From assembly GCA_963707505.1 (NCBI GenBank), contig CAVPQB010000001.1, positions 96,001 through 160,000 on the forward strand: 64,000 nt of DNA, written 5' to 3'. The notes beneath the pieces were generated by a model that was not told the origin of the DNA, did no database searches, and worked only from the letters and a program-made list of their open reading frames with translations. Every line of letters starts with the position of its first letter. Position 1 is the first letter of the stretch. Both the position numbers and the translations under genes were made by a program. Shown in pieces: positions 1-9,029 of this stretch. Source of the DNA: an uncultured Gemmatimonadales bacterium (GTDB lineage: Bacteria > Gemmatimonadota > Gemmatimonadetes > Gemmatimonadales > Gemmatimonadaceae).

Positions 1-1238
1 CAGGGTAGGCTGGCCCGATATGGCCTGTCCGCCGTCAGGGCCTCATACACGTCGGCGACGCACAGGATTCTCGCTGTCATGTCGAGTCTGTTACCGCTCA
101 GATGCCATGGATAGCCGCTGCCGTCCAACCGCTCGTGATGCAGAGCCGCCGACCAGGCGAAGTCACGGAAGGCAGGTACGCGGGACAGGATCTCCCAGGT
201 AAAGAACGGATGCCGCTCCACGGATTTCCGCTCGGAATCGGTCAGTGGTCCGGCCTTGTCCAGGATGGAATTCGATACACCCAGCTTGCCAATGTCGTGA
301 AGAAGGCCGGCGCGGTACACCCGGCGCTGAGTGGCCGAATCGAGCTTCATCTCGCGCGCGATTCCAAGCGCGTACGACGCTACGTTGCGCGAATGCGAGT
401 AAGTGTAGGGCGACTTGGCGTCGATTATGTCGGCGAACGCGCGCGCTACGACATCCAGATCCTCCTCGCTCACCCAGCGCAGCTGCGACGCGGGCTCGGC
501 GCCGATCACTTCGTCGGTCGGATCGGTACTGTCGAGCCGCTCCCACCAGCTGGATTCATGACGCCACGATGCGACACGATCCACCAGGGCCGGATCAAAC
601 CAGGTCCCGCTCCGGCGCCGCGCGATCCCTATCGCGCCCCTGGAGCCATCATGCTGATGAAATACGTCGATCACCTGGGCAAGATTCGCGATTCGTGACA
701 TCAGCGGAATCGCGGGTCCGGCAAGCCCATCGGGATGACCCTTGCCGTTCCAGTGCTCGTCGAGGTGTCGCACAGCGTCGGCGGTGGCCTGCGGAAATCC
801 CAGCCGCATGGCGATGTCAGCGCCTCGCTCGCAGCGTAATCCCATGATCTCCTTCATCACGTCTTCGGCGCGGGCGACGCCCACGAAATATTTGAGCTTG
901 TCCGAAAGGCCGCCTTCCATGGCGACCGTACGCGCAGTCTCCACAGCGAGAGCCACCCGGTTCTGGCGGTCGACATTTCTCATTCGAGGCTTGAGCTCGA
1001 GGTCGTCCGTCCCGAATAGCTGGCAGAGACGAGCAGCATTGTTGGAGCAGCCGGCGTCCTTGAGAAGGAGCGCATAATAGAGCGCGGCGCTGTCGGACGG
1101 GCTCATGCCCACCTCGCGGCTCAGGCGCATGCCTATCAGGCAGCTGCGCATCGTATGGCCGATGGGCTGGCCTTCCGTGAGATCCAGCGCGCACGAAAGC
1201 GCGGAAATCACCTCTGAAAGGTTGATACGCGCGGACAT
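1..1238 (-). CDS. Tandem HD-GYP domain protein (putative c-di-GMP phosphodiesterase), 3' end outside window
   Basis: Not in the ORF track; translated by hand from ATG at 1238: MSARINLSEVISALSCALDLTEGQPIGH..LLKDAGCS..HLDEHWNGKGHPDG..AGLLHDIGKLG..HHERLDGSGYPW..VADVYEALTADRPYR. The motifs checked are in one frame. Confidence 0.9.
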   Translation of the reverse strand, partial: MSARINLSEVISALSCALDLTEGQPIGHTMRSCLIGMRLSREVGMSPSDSAALYYALLLKDAGCSNNAARLCQLFGTDDLELKPRMRNVDRQNRVALAVETARTVAMEGGLSDKLKYFVGVARAEDVMKEIMGLRCERGADIAMRLGFPQATADAVRHLDEHWNGKGHPDGLAGPAIPLMSRIANLAQVIDVFHQHDGSRGAIGIARRRSGTWFDPALVDRVASWRHESSWWERLDSTDPTDEVIGAEPASQLRWVSEEDLDVVARAFADIIDAKSPYTYSHSRNVASYALGIAREMKLDSATQRRVYRAGLLHDIGKLGVSNSILDKAGPLTDSERKSVERHPFFTWEILSRVPAFRDFAWSAALHHERLDGSGYPWHLSGNRLDMTARILCVADVYEALTADRPYRASLP

Positions 1239-1298
1239 AGTGTCCGCAAGTCTCGGCAACCTCCGCCCGTTATTCACCGGCAGAAACTTCCTCCGGAG

Positions 1299-1366
1299 TC
1301 CGTCCCCACGTCCAGTCCCCACTCCGTCCCTACTCCGTCCCTACTCCGGCCCTACTCCGGCCCCCC
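1299..1366. repeat. About 6 imperfect copies of an 11-bp unit (tccgtccctac)
   Basis: Units read directly: tccgtccccac, tccagtccccac, tccgtccctac x2, tccggccctac, tccggcccccc. Confidence 0.9.
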
Positions 1367-1367
1367 T

Positions 1368-2081
1368 CTACGTCCCCGCGTACCACTCGTAGCCCTGATC
1401 GCTCCAGTATCCGCCGTTGCGCTGAGGCATGAACACTATCTTTGTGAGGTATTTCGTGTTCTTGTAGCCCAGCTTGACCGGCGAGAAGAGCCGCGCCGGC
1501 GCCCCGTGGCCGGGTTCGAGCATCCTGCCGTCCAGTCCATAGCAGATGAGAGTCTGCGGATGCATCGCGCTCTCGATGTCCCAACTCTCGTGATAGTCGT
1601 TGTCGAACGACTGAAAGTCGACGTACTTCGCGTCCGGTGTCGCGCCAGCTGCGCGCGCGAGATCGCTCATCCGAACTCCGGTCCACGTTTCTACCGCGGT
1701 CCATCCTTCGACGCAGTAATGATTCACGCGCTGCGTGATGCGCGGCAGACGTTGCAGCATGTCCATCGTCAATGTGAGCGGACGCGTCACGAGTCCTGAC
1801 ACTTCGAGCGTCCACTGTCCGCGGGCCGAAATGTCCCACACTGGAACTGTATCCGAAATGTAATATTTCGGTAACGACAGCCCCGCGTTACGCCATCGTG
1901 ACGCCGGTGCATCCATCGAAGTGTGACGGAAAAGCCCGCGCTCGAGCGTCTCGTTCTTTCGCATCGCATACTTCAATAGCCTGTCAGCGCCCTTCGGTCC
2001 GCGCGAGCCGCACGCAGCGAGAAGCCACGATGCGCTCAGTCCGCCACTCGCAAGAAGAAAGTCGCGCCTACGCATCGACAT
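1368..2081 (-). CDS. Molybdopterin-dependent oxidoreductase (sulfite oxidase/MsrP-like family), probable Tat lipoprotein
   Basis: MRRRDFL twin-arginine signal, LAAC lipobox, Mo-ligand motif HYCVEGW, HGAPARL..KLGYKNTKY, GGYWSDQGY. Start placed at MSMRRR; the ORF track starts at 2126. Confidence 0.88.
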   Translation of the reverse strand: MSMRRRDFLLASGGLSASWLLAACGSRGPKGADRLLKYAMRKNETLERGLFRHTSMDAPASRWRNAGLSLPKYYISDTVPVWDISARGQWTLEVSGLVTRPLTLTMDMLQRLPRITQRVNHYCVEGWTAVETWTGVRMSDLARAAGATPDAKYVDFQSFDNDYHESWDIESAMHPQTLICYGLDGRMLEPGHGAPARLFSPVKLGYKNTKYLTKIVFMPQRNGGYWSDQGYEWYAGT

Positions 2082-2784
2082 CGTGCCTCGCGCGTGTGAA
2101 GATGTGATAGAACGGACGTGCATCACGCAACTCCGGCGCGCGATCGGGATTGTATTTCCCTGTCACTATCGAGCGTATCGAATACGGATCCACGGCGAAT
2201 ACCATGAATATGTGAATCGCTGAAAGAACGACGAGCGCGAGCATCACGAGAAAGTGCCAGTAACGCGCGTACACGTATCCACCCATCAGATTGGTGAGTG
2301 GAGCGAGCGAGACCGGCTTCCACACCGCTATGCCAGTTATCACCGCGAGCGCCGCGAGAATCGGGATCGCGAAATACGTGAATTTCTGTAGAGCGTTGTG
2401 CTTGCCCTGATGCGGATGCTTCTTGCGCACGAACGCGTAGAACTTCAGCATCTCCCACGAATCACGAACGTCACCACGACGCGGTACCAGATCGCGCCAC
2501 TCGCCATGCAGGTAGATGAAGATCACGTACGCGATGCCGTTCACTACGAACAGCCACATCATCGCGAAGTGCCAGTTGCGTGCGCCGGCGAGCCATCCGC
2601 CAAATGTCGCCCAGTGCGGTATGGCCTTCCCCGCGAAAGGATAACAACAGAACGCCATTCCGCGCCGCGCGAACATCGGATAGGCGTTGAAGATTTGCAA
2701 CCCACTTCCGATCATGATCACGAGCGCTACCGCATTCACCCAGTGCGTCACGCGGATGAACCAGTGGTGCCGATCGACAGCCAT
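2068..2784 (-). CDS. Cytochrome b/b6-domain membrane subunit (Ni/Fe-hydrogenase cytochrome b-like), partner of the Mo enzyme
   Basis: RVTHWVNA, ARNWHF, HNALQK, ARYWHF..HIFMV with heme-type His residues in TM helices; overlaps the downstream oxidoreductase start. Confidence 0.88.
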   Translation of the reverse strand: MAVDRHHWFIRVTHWVNAVALVIMIGSGLQIFNAYPMFARRGMAFCCYPFAGKAIPHWATFGGWLAGARNWHFAMMWLFVVNGIAYVIFIYLHGEWRDLVPRRGDVRDSWEMLKFYAFVRKKHPHQGKHNALQKFTYFAIPILAALAVITGIAVWKPVSLAPLTNLMGGYVYARYWHFLVMLALVVLSAIHIFMVFAVDPYSIRSIVTGKYNPDRAPELRDARPFYHIFTRARHDVDA

Positions 2785-2919
2785 TTAGGGCCTCCCCCTT
2801 GGAGGTACAGCGCGGAAACGAACAGAATGTCTCCGGGGTCTAAGATATAGCCCCGGGTTTCCAATGGCGCAGTACGGCGCCCAATGCATATTGGATCTGT
2901 GGAGCGACCATATCGAACC

Positions 2920-4287
2920 ATGGCCGAGCATAGCGCCCAGTATCTGAAAGACACTCTGCCGACGCGCGTAATCTGCGCCGCGCTGCTCTGCGCCGCGCTG
3001 CTCGTCGCAACGACCTCGTGCATCACGCCGAAACCGCTCGTCATAACGGCCCGGCCGATGGTCGAAGCATCGCAACCGCATCCAGGCGACGCGCCGCACG
3101 CTGCCATCCGCTGGTACAATACGTTCTGGAAGGCACTCGCGGATATAAACGTCCAGGCCGCGTGGATTGTTGCCGACGGGAGCGAACAGCGAAAGCTCGC
3201 CGACGCCATCGAGGATTTCCTCGGCGGAGACAACGCCGCGGCGGACTCGACTGTCGTCCCGCTTCTGGCAGCGAAGGACAGCGTGGTCCGCAATGCCGCG
3301 CGAATAACCTACGGCGCGATCCTTACCGCCGAAGGCAACTGGACCCGGCTGGCGTTCTATGCCGACTCGGCCAAGAGCGAGTCGCGGGATGCCGCGGGTG
3401 TGGAGACCTGGGCGTCGGCGTTCAAGGGCGTCTCGACCAGCATATCGTTCGCGGATTCGATGTCCGTAGTGCCGCTCGGGCGCTCCCGCAGCGGTGTGCC
3501 GATCGTCCCCGTGGTCGTGAACGGTGTGAAGAGGCACTTCTGGCTGGATACGGGGTCGAGCATCACGATCCTGACGTCGGACATGGCGGATGCATCGCAC
3601 GTCACAGGCATCAACGGAGACACGCTGGAGCTGGTGACATCCGTCGGACGACTGCCAACGCGGGCGGCAGTTGTCAGCTCATTGAAGATCGGGCGTGTAA
3701 CCGTCACCAATGCGCGGGCGATGATAGTGAGCCCCGGTGCACTCCAGATGCGAGAAGTCGCCTCCGGCATGATGCCGCAAACCATCGATGGAGTGATCGG
3801 CTTCGACGTGATCCGGTCGCTCGATCTGACTATCGACGACGTCAACGACCGTGTCATTCTCCGCAAGCCATCGCTCCGCCCGCCTGCCAAGGGAGCGGAC
3901 AAGGGACGCAATCTCTCCTGGTATGGAGTGCCGATCGTGACACTGATCTCGGAAACCGGGGCGGCGGTCCATCTCGTGCTCGACACGGGCGCGGAGGAGA
4001 GCTTTGGCACGCCGGGGATGGCGACCAAGACCCACGCCGCGTGGAGGCCCGCCGAGCGTCGTACCGTACAGGGGTTCGGCGGGAGCAAGAGCGAATCAGG
4101 AATCGTGATCCCATCGGTGCGGCTCTACCTGGGTGACATTCCGCTCACATTCAAGCGAATCTTCCTTTATGAAGCGCAGTACCCGACCATTTTCACCCTG
4201 GACGGCACACTCGGCGCGGACGCAGGGCGCGGCGGCATCGTCCGGATCGACATGACCAACGGGCGGCTGGACATCGAGGGCAAGTGA
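2920..4287 (+). CDS. Two-domain retropepsin-like aspartyl protease, probable lipoprotein
   Basis: FWLDTGSS and LVLDTGAE catalytic motifs, each followed by DGVIG/DGTLG; hydrophobic leader ending ATTSC. Confidence 0.82.
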   Translation: MAEHSAQYLKDTLPTRVICAALLCAALLVATTSCITPKPLVITARPMVEASQPHPGDAPHAAIRWYNTFWKALADINVQAAWIVADGSEQRKLADAIEDFLGGDNAAADSTVVPLLAAKDSVVRNAARITYGAILTAEGNWTRLAFYADSAKSESRDAAGVETWASAFKGVSTSISFADSMSVVPLGRSRSGVPIVPVVVNGVKRHFWLDTGSSITILTSDMADASHVTGINGDTLELVTSVGRLPTRAAVVSSLKIGRVTVTNARAMIVSPGALQMREVASGMMPQTIDGVIGFDVIRSLDLTIDDVNDRVILRKPSLRPPAKGADKGRNLSWYGVPIVTLISETGAAVHLVLDTGAEESFGTPGMATKTHAAWRPAERRTVQGFGGSKSESGIVIPSVRLYLGDIPLTFKRIFLYEAQYPTIFTLDGTLGADAGRGGIVRIDMTNGRLDIEGK

Positions 4288-4353
4288 CCGAATGGGCGTT
4301 CCGGTGCGGGTTTGCGCTTGTTATCGCACTTCCAGACGCACTACATTTGACGA

Positions 4354-4569
4354 ATGCCCGCTGAAAACAATGAAAAACTGACCGGCCCACACAGTGGATG
4401 GTGGGGCGTCGGAACCGCCCTCACACTCACCGCTGCGACATGGGCGTTTCTATACTTCCTGCACCTCACGGTCTGGCACGACCCGATCAACCCGCTTTCT
4501 CCGAACGAGCGGTCGACGGTGATTCAACCCGCCGCCGCGCCGACAGCGCCAGCGAGTACGACGCACTAG
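4354..4569 (+). CDS. Small single-TM hypothetical protein
   Basis: 71-aa ORF with one hydrophobic segment; fills the gap between genes. Confidence 0.55.
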   Translation: MPAENNEKLTGPHSGWWGVGTALTLTAATWAFLYFLHLTVWHDPINPLSPNERSTVIQPAAAPTAPASTTH

Positions 4570-4591
4570 GCGCCGCGAAAGCGTACTAAAG

Positions 4592-4621
4592 TCGTCATTC
4601 CCGCTTTCGCGGGAATGACGA
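4592..4621. terminator. Perfect 13-bp hairpin between convergent genes (terminator or REP-like)
   Basis: tcgtcattcccgc-tttc-gcgggaatgacga; the loop reads GAAA on the minus strand. Confidence 0.7.
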
Positions 4622-4659
4622 GTCCGGGAAGTCTGGCCTTTGCATCCACGATATCCGAC

Positions 4660-6108
4660 CTACAGCTCGTCCGACTTGATGACGAGCATCTTCTCCACCT
4701 GCATGTCACGGATGGAGTAACCAATTCCGCCCGTCCCGAGTCCGGATGTGCGCCGTCCCGCGAACGGCATCCAGTCCACACGGAAAGTCGTGCTCTCGTT
4801 GACCATCACTGCAGTCGCCTCGAGCCGGCGGAACGCACGCAGCGCGGTGTCCAGCGAGCGTGTGCAGATCGCTGACTGAAACGCGAATGGAAGCGCGTTC
4901 GCGCGATCGATCGCTTCGTCCAACTCGTCGTATGGATACACACACACGACGGGACCGAACACTTCGAGAGTGCTGACCTTCGCGTCGTGCGGAGGATCGT
5001 ACAACACCGTACACGCGTAACATGTGTCGGAGATTCGCGCGCCTCCGCACAAGACTTTCGCACCGCCATCCTTCGCCTCGCGCACCCACTGCTCGACACG
5101 ATCGACTTCGGAAGTTGCGATGAGCGGACCGACTTCGGTGTCCGCGCTCGTTGGATCACCTACGCGAAGTTTCTTCACGCGATCGCTGAGCTTGTCGGCG
5201 AGCTGCTTCGCAATCGAGCGGTGTGCGAAGATTCGTTGAATCGAAACGCACACCTGCCCCGCGTGATAGAACGAGCCCTTCACCAGCATCGGGAGCATCT
5301 TCTCGATGTCGGCGTCTTCCACGACGATCACCGGTGCCGCGCCGCCGTGCTCCAGCGCGCAACGTGTACCGGGCGGCAGCTTCGACCGTAGCATCCAGCC
5401 GACCTTCGCACTTCCGATGAATGTCAGGAATGCGACACGCGGATCGGTCGCGAGACGCTCCGACAGTGCGTGATCCATCGGCACGACCACCTGACACCAT
5501 CCATCCGGCAATCCCGCATCGTGCAGCATCTTCGCAAACTGAAAGCACGACATCGGCGTGCGCTCGGCGGGTTTCGCGATTACAGGGCAACCTGCGGCGA
5601 TTGCCGTAGCCACCTGATGAACGATGAGGTTGAGCGGATGATTGAACGCGCTTATCGCGACAACCGGACCAGCAGGCTCGAGCGACGTGTACGCCATGTG
5701 ATGCGATGACGCAGCGTTCAATCGCATCGGAATCTCGCTGCCATGTTGAGTGCGCAACACATCCACGCATCCGCGCACCGAATCGGCAGCACGAATTGCC
5801 TCTGCGCGCGCATCTACCAGTGGTTTGCCACCTTCGCGCGCGATGGTCATCGCGAGCTGCTCGACGTCGTCGTCCATTCGATCGGCGAGCTTGCGAAGAA
5901 TGTCGATTCGCGCAGCAGGCTCGAGCCATCGCGCCTTGTCGTGGAACAGCGCGGATGCGGAAGCGAGCGCCGTCTCGATTACACCAGCATCAGCGACGGC
6001 GAACGTTGCGACTGGCGAGCGGTCGTACGGAGAGAACACCGTTGCGTCGGCTGCCGAAGTAGTCGCGCCGGTTACGAAGAGACGAAAGTGCGGGAGCGAT
6101 TGTGCCAT
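4660..6108 (-). CDS. Aldehyde dehydrogenase family protein
   Basis: ISAFNHP, FIGSAKVG, LEHGG (catalytic Glu), GQVCVS (catalytic Cys), EVFGPV, MPFAG. Confidence 0.93.
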   Translation of the reverse strand: MAQSLPHFRLFVTGATTSAADATVFSPYDRSPVATFAVADAGVIETALASASALFHDKARWLEPAARIDILRKLADRMDDDVEQLAMTIAREGGKPLVDARAEAIRAADSVRGCVDVLRTQHGSEIPMRLNAASSHHMAYTSLEPAGPVVAISAFNHPLNLIVHQVATAIAAGCPVIAKPAERTPMSCFQFAKMLHDAGLPDGWCQVVVPMDHALSERLATDPRVAFLTFIGSAKVGWMLRSKLPPGTRCALEHGGAAPVIVVEDADIEKMLPMLVKGSFYHAGQVCVSIQRIFAHRSIAKQLADKLSDRVKKLRVGDPTSADTEVGPLIATSEVDRVEQWVREAKDGGAKVLCGGARISDTCYACTVLYDPPHDAKVSTLEVFGPVVCVYPYDELDEAIDRANALPFAFQSAICTRSLDTALRAFRRLEATAVMVNESTTFRVDWMPFAGRRTSGLGTGGIGYSIRDMQVEKMLVIKSDEL

Positions 6109-6119
6109 GATTCAAACTA

Positions 6120-6902
6120 CTATTCCGTCGCCGAGTCCTGTGGGTTCGGCTTGGTCGTATCGATGTTGAAGCGGAAGGGTTGCTCCACCAGTTGGCGCAC
6201 GCGCCTTCCGTTGAGACGCGCCGGCTGGAATTTCATGCGCGGGAGCGCGTCACGTACGGACGTCGCGAACTGCGGATCGGAGGAGTCGATTATCTCGAGC
6301 GACTGAACGTCGGCCATGCCTGACGTGTCGACGATGAATCGCACCGTCACCCTTCCCGGCACGCGGCGGGCCAGCAGGTCGGGCGGATACTGAGGGACCG
6401 CGCTGCCGTCAGAGAACTGCACAGCGTTGTCGACCTCGAAACTGGTGTACACGTTATCACCAGGCGTGGAGGCGGTATCTGCCGAGATTACCGGAGCTTG
6501 AACGTCACTCTCGACGGATCGCCTGGCTGCGGGCCGGTCGGTCTTCCCGTTCTTCCCGTTGGCGCCGTCGCCTGGCCCGATTCCGGAGAAGTATGCGAGC
6601 GAAGTGAATGCAGCGACATGCTCTCCGCCACCACCGGACACTGATGGACTGCGTGGAGGCGGAGGAATGAACGAGACCAGTTGGCCTTCGGGTTGCGGGC
6701 GATCGAGTACGTCACCCACAGTCCAGACCAGTGCAGCGACAATCGCGACATGGAGCGCGGCGCTGAGCACGGATGGCCAGGGAGACGGGCGCGGATACCA
6801 GAATCGTCCGAGCGCTGCGCGGGGGCGTCCGCCCGTTGGGACCGGGATGGGTGGACCGAGTGAAGCGACAGCGCTTTCGGCATGACGAGGTGCATTCAGC
6901 AT
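6120..6902 (-). CDS. TonB family energy transducer
   Basis: N-terminal TM SAALH, Pro-rich linker, C-terminal YP..GRVTVRFIVDTSG..FQPARLNG. Confidence 0.85.
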   Translation of the reverse strand: MLNAPRHAESAVASLGPPIPVPTGGRPRAALGRFWYPRPSPWPSVLSAALHVAIVAALVWTVGDVLDRPQPEGQLVSFIPPPPRSPSVSGGGGEHVAAFTSLAYFSGIGPGDGANGKNGKTDRPAARRSVESDVQAPVISADTASTPGDNVYTSFEVDNAVQFSDGSAVPQYPPDLLARRVPGRVTVRFIVDTSGMADVQSLEIIDSSDPQFATSVRDALPRMKFQPARLNGRRVRQLVEQPFRFNIDTTKPNPQDSATE

Positions 6903-6951
6903 TGGAATAGCCCCTCAGATTGCGCGCCCGAATGTGGCGCATTTTTGAAAC

Positions 6952-7918
6952 TTACAATCGTTCCAGTTCGGCGGACAGGCGCTCACGTGTTGCCGGCACG
7001 TCAGGAGCGTAGCCGTGCGACGCGCCCTCGTTGCGCTTTGTAAGAGTATTGCCAGCCGTACGACGGTTTACCACGAAGATGCCAGCGAGCACCAGCGTGC
7101 CGCCAATGATCTGCGCCGGTTGGAGTGGCTCGCCGAGGAACACCACGTCGAGGATCGCGGTGACCGGCGCGACTCCCAGCAGACCGACCGACGCCGCTGT
7201 TGTCGGGAGACGACCGAGCGCGTAGGTAACCCCCAGATATCCCGTGACCTGCGTCACGAGTCCAAGTGCGATGAGAGATGGCCATGCCGACGCTTTGAAT
7301 CCAACGAGCGGCGCCTTCATCAACAGGCAGACCACGAACATCGTGACGACGCTGCCGATTATGGCGAGCGTCGTGAAGGTTATCGTGTCCATGCTGGCGC
7401 GCACGCGGCCGGTCGTGATCAGGTAGGCAGCGAAGAACACCGATGCAGCCGCCGCGAGCATGTCGCCGCCCACATCACCGATTCCCACACCACCTCCGCC
7501 TGGTCTGATCATGTCGCCACCAACCATGACGATACAGCCGCCGAGCGCGAGCACCAGGCCGATCCAGAATGTGAGCTTGGGACGCTCGCGAAACAGCAGC
7601 CAGGTTCCGAGACCGACGAGCACCGGCGAGTTGTTCGTTAGCACCATCGCAGTCGTCGCCGACGTCTTGAGCACCGCGGTATTGAAGAATGCGAGATCCA
7701 TCCCGAAGAAGGCGCCGCCGAGCAGCGCGATGAGCGTCGCTCGCGCCGACGGCAATTTTCCCGCGGCGCGAGAGTAACCAGTATGGGATGAGCACTACAG
7801 CCGCGACGAGTGCGCGATAGAACGCCGAGGTAACACCCGGAACGTCGGCCCATCGAACGAGCGGAGCGGACCACGAGATGCAGACGACGCTGAGCGCGAG
7901 CGCTGCGAAAGCACGCAT
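6952..7918 (-). CDS. EamA/DMT family transporter, frameshifted near 7757 (pseudogene or sequencing error)
   Basis: N-terminal part (ISWSAPLVRWA..SAFYR) is in ORF 7475..7918 and the remainder in ORF 6952..7755; the junction lies in gggaaaattg. Confidence 0.82.
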
Positions 7919-7986
7919 GCGCGCTTTTCGTTGTGTTGCCGTCGACTCGGCTTGAGATGTAGTGCTTGTCAGATCAACTCCGAAAT

Positions 7987-8015
7987 GTTACCATCAATAC
8001 ATGTTAGATGGTAAC
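7987..8015. promoter_or_regulatory. Inverted repeat, candidate operator between the divergent DMT and CGNR genes
   Basis: gttaccatc-N11-gatggtaac with perfect 9-bp arms. Confidence 0.6.
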
Positions 8016-8060
8016 GCGACCTGTGAGCAAAGTCAATCTATGACTTCGAGGGGACGGTAA

Positions 8061-8588
8061 ATGCCCGAACATCGGCCGGGAACTCCAGGGCAGTACTACG
8101 TGCTCGAGTCGTTTCTGTGGCGCGAATTTACGGGTGTGGACGATTGGCTGGAGTGGACCGAGGAGCATGGACTCGCGCGTACGGCAACGTCGACGCGCGA
8201 GATCTTCGATCAGGCGATGGCACTCAGGGACGCACTGCGCTCGCTCGAGGCGATGAACAATGGTGAGCGCGGCGACGACTCGGCCGCACGGTTGCTGAAC
8301 GAGCTGATCGAGTCGCTCGGCGTGCATCCGCTGGTCGAGCCATTTGGAGAAGTGAATCTGCGGGCGAGCGCTGTGACCGGGCGCAACGCACCGGTTGCCA
8401 GCATGTTGATCATGGCGCTGGACGCGATGTCGAAGGGGGTGTGGACCCGGTTCAAGCTGTGTCAGGATCCGAGCTGCAGGGCGTCGTTCTATGATGCGAC
8501 GAAGAACGGTACGAAGACGTGGTGCTCGGTGGACGGGTGCGGGGCCCGGAACAAGATGCGGCGACTACGAGAGCGGCAGAGGGGATGA
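8061..8588 (+). CDS. CGNR zinc-finger / ABATE domain protein (putative regulator)
   Basis: RFKLCQDPSCRASFYDATKNGTKTWCSVDGCGARNKMRR. Confidence 0.88.
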   Translation: MPEHRPGTPGQYYVLESFLWREFTGVDDWLEWTEEHGLARTATSTREIFDQAMALRDALRSLEAMNNGERGDDSAARLLNELIESLGVHPLVEPFGEVNLRASAVTGRNAPVASMLIMALDAMSKGVWTRFKLCQDPSCRASFYDATKNGTKTWCSVDGCGARNKMRRLRERQRG

Positions 8589-8728
8589 GTCTGTCGTTAC
8601 TGGCGGCTTTTGTCCCGGTACCGTTGGGCAGCGGGCGCCGTTAGATTTTTAGGGCTTACCGGGAAGCGTGGGCGGGTGATTCGCCGAAACGCTGATGATC
8701 GCGGTAAGTGGTTGCAGTACAAGGGTTT

Positions 8729-8801
<73 letters not shown>

Positions 8802-8844
8802 CTGCGTGGTTTTCCCACGAGAAACAGATTTTTCGAGTTGACGT

Positions 8845-8875
8845 GCGCGAGGGGCCAACGGGCTCCTCGCGCTTT
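8845..8875 (+). terminator. Probable intrinsic terminator after tRNA-Phe
   Basis: gcgcgaggggcc-aacg-ggctcctcgcgc-ttt. Confidence 0.6.
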
Positions 8876-9029
8876 GCATGTCCAGGCAGCGAAGAGGCCC
8901 CTCGCGACCGCCATGTCCTCGCCTGCCCGACGACACCTTCCAGCCGCCAGGTCGTTTTTCACGCAACGTCCAAATTTGTGACTTCCCGCCGATACTTGCC
9001 ATGAGGTTCCCCCGTCTTCAGAACGACTC

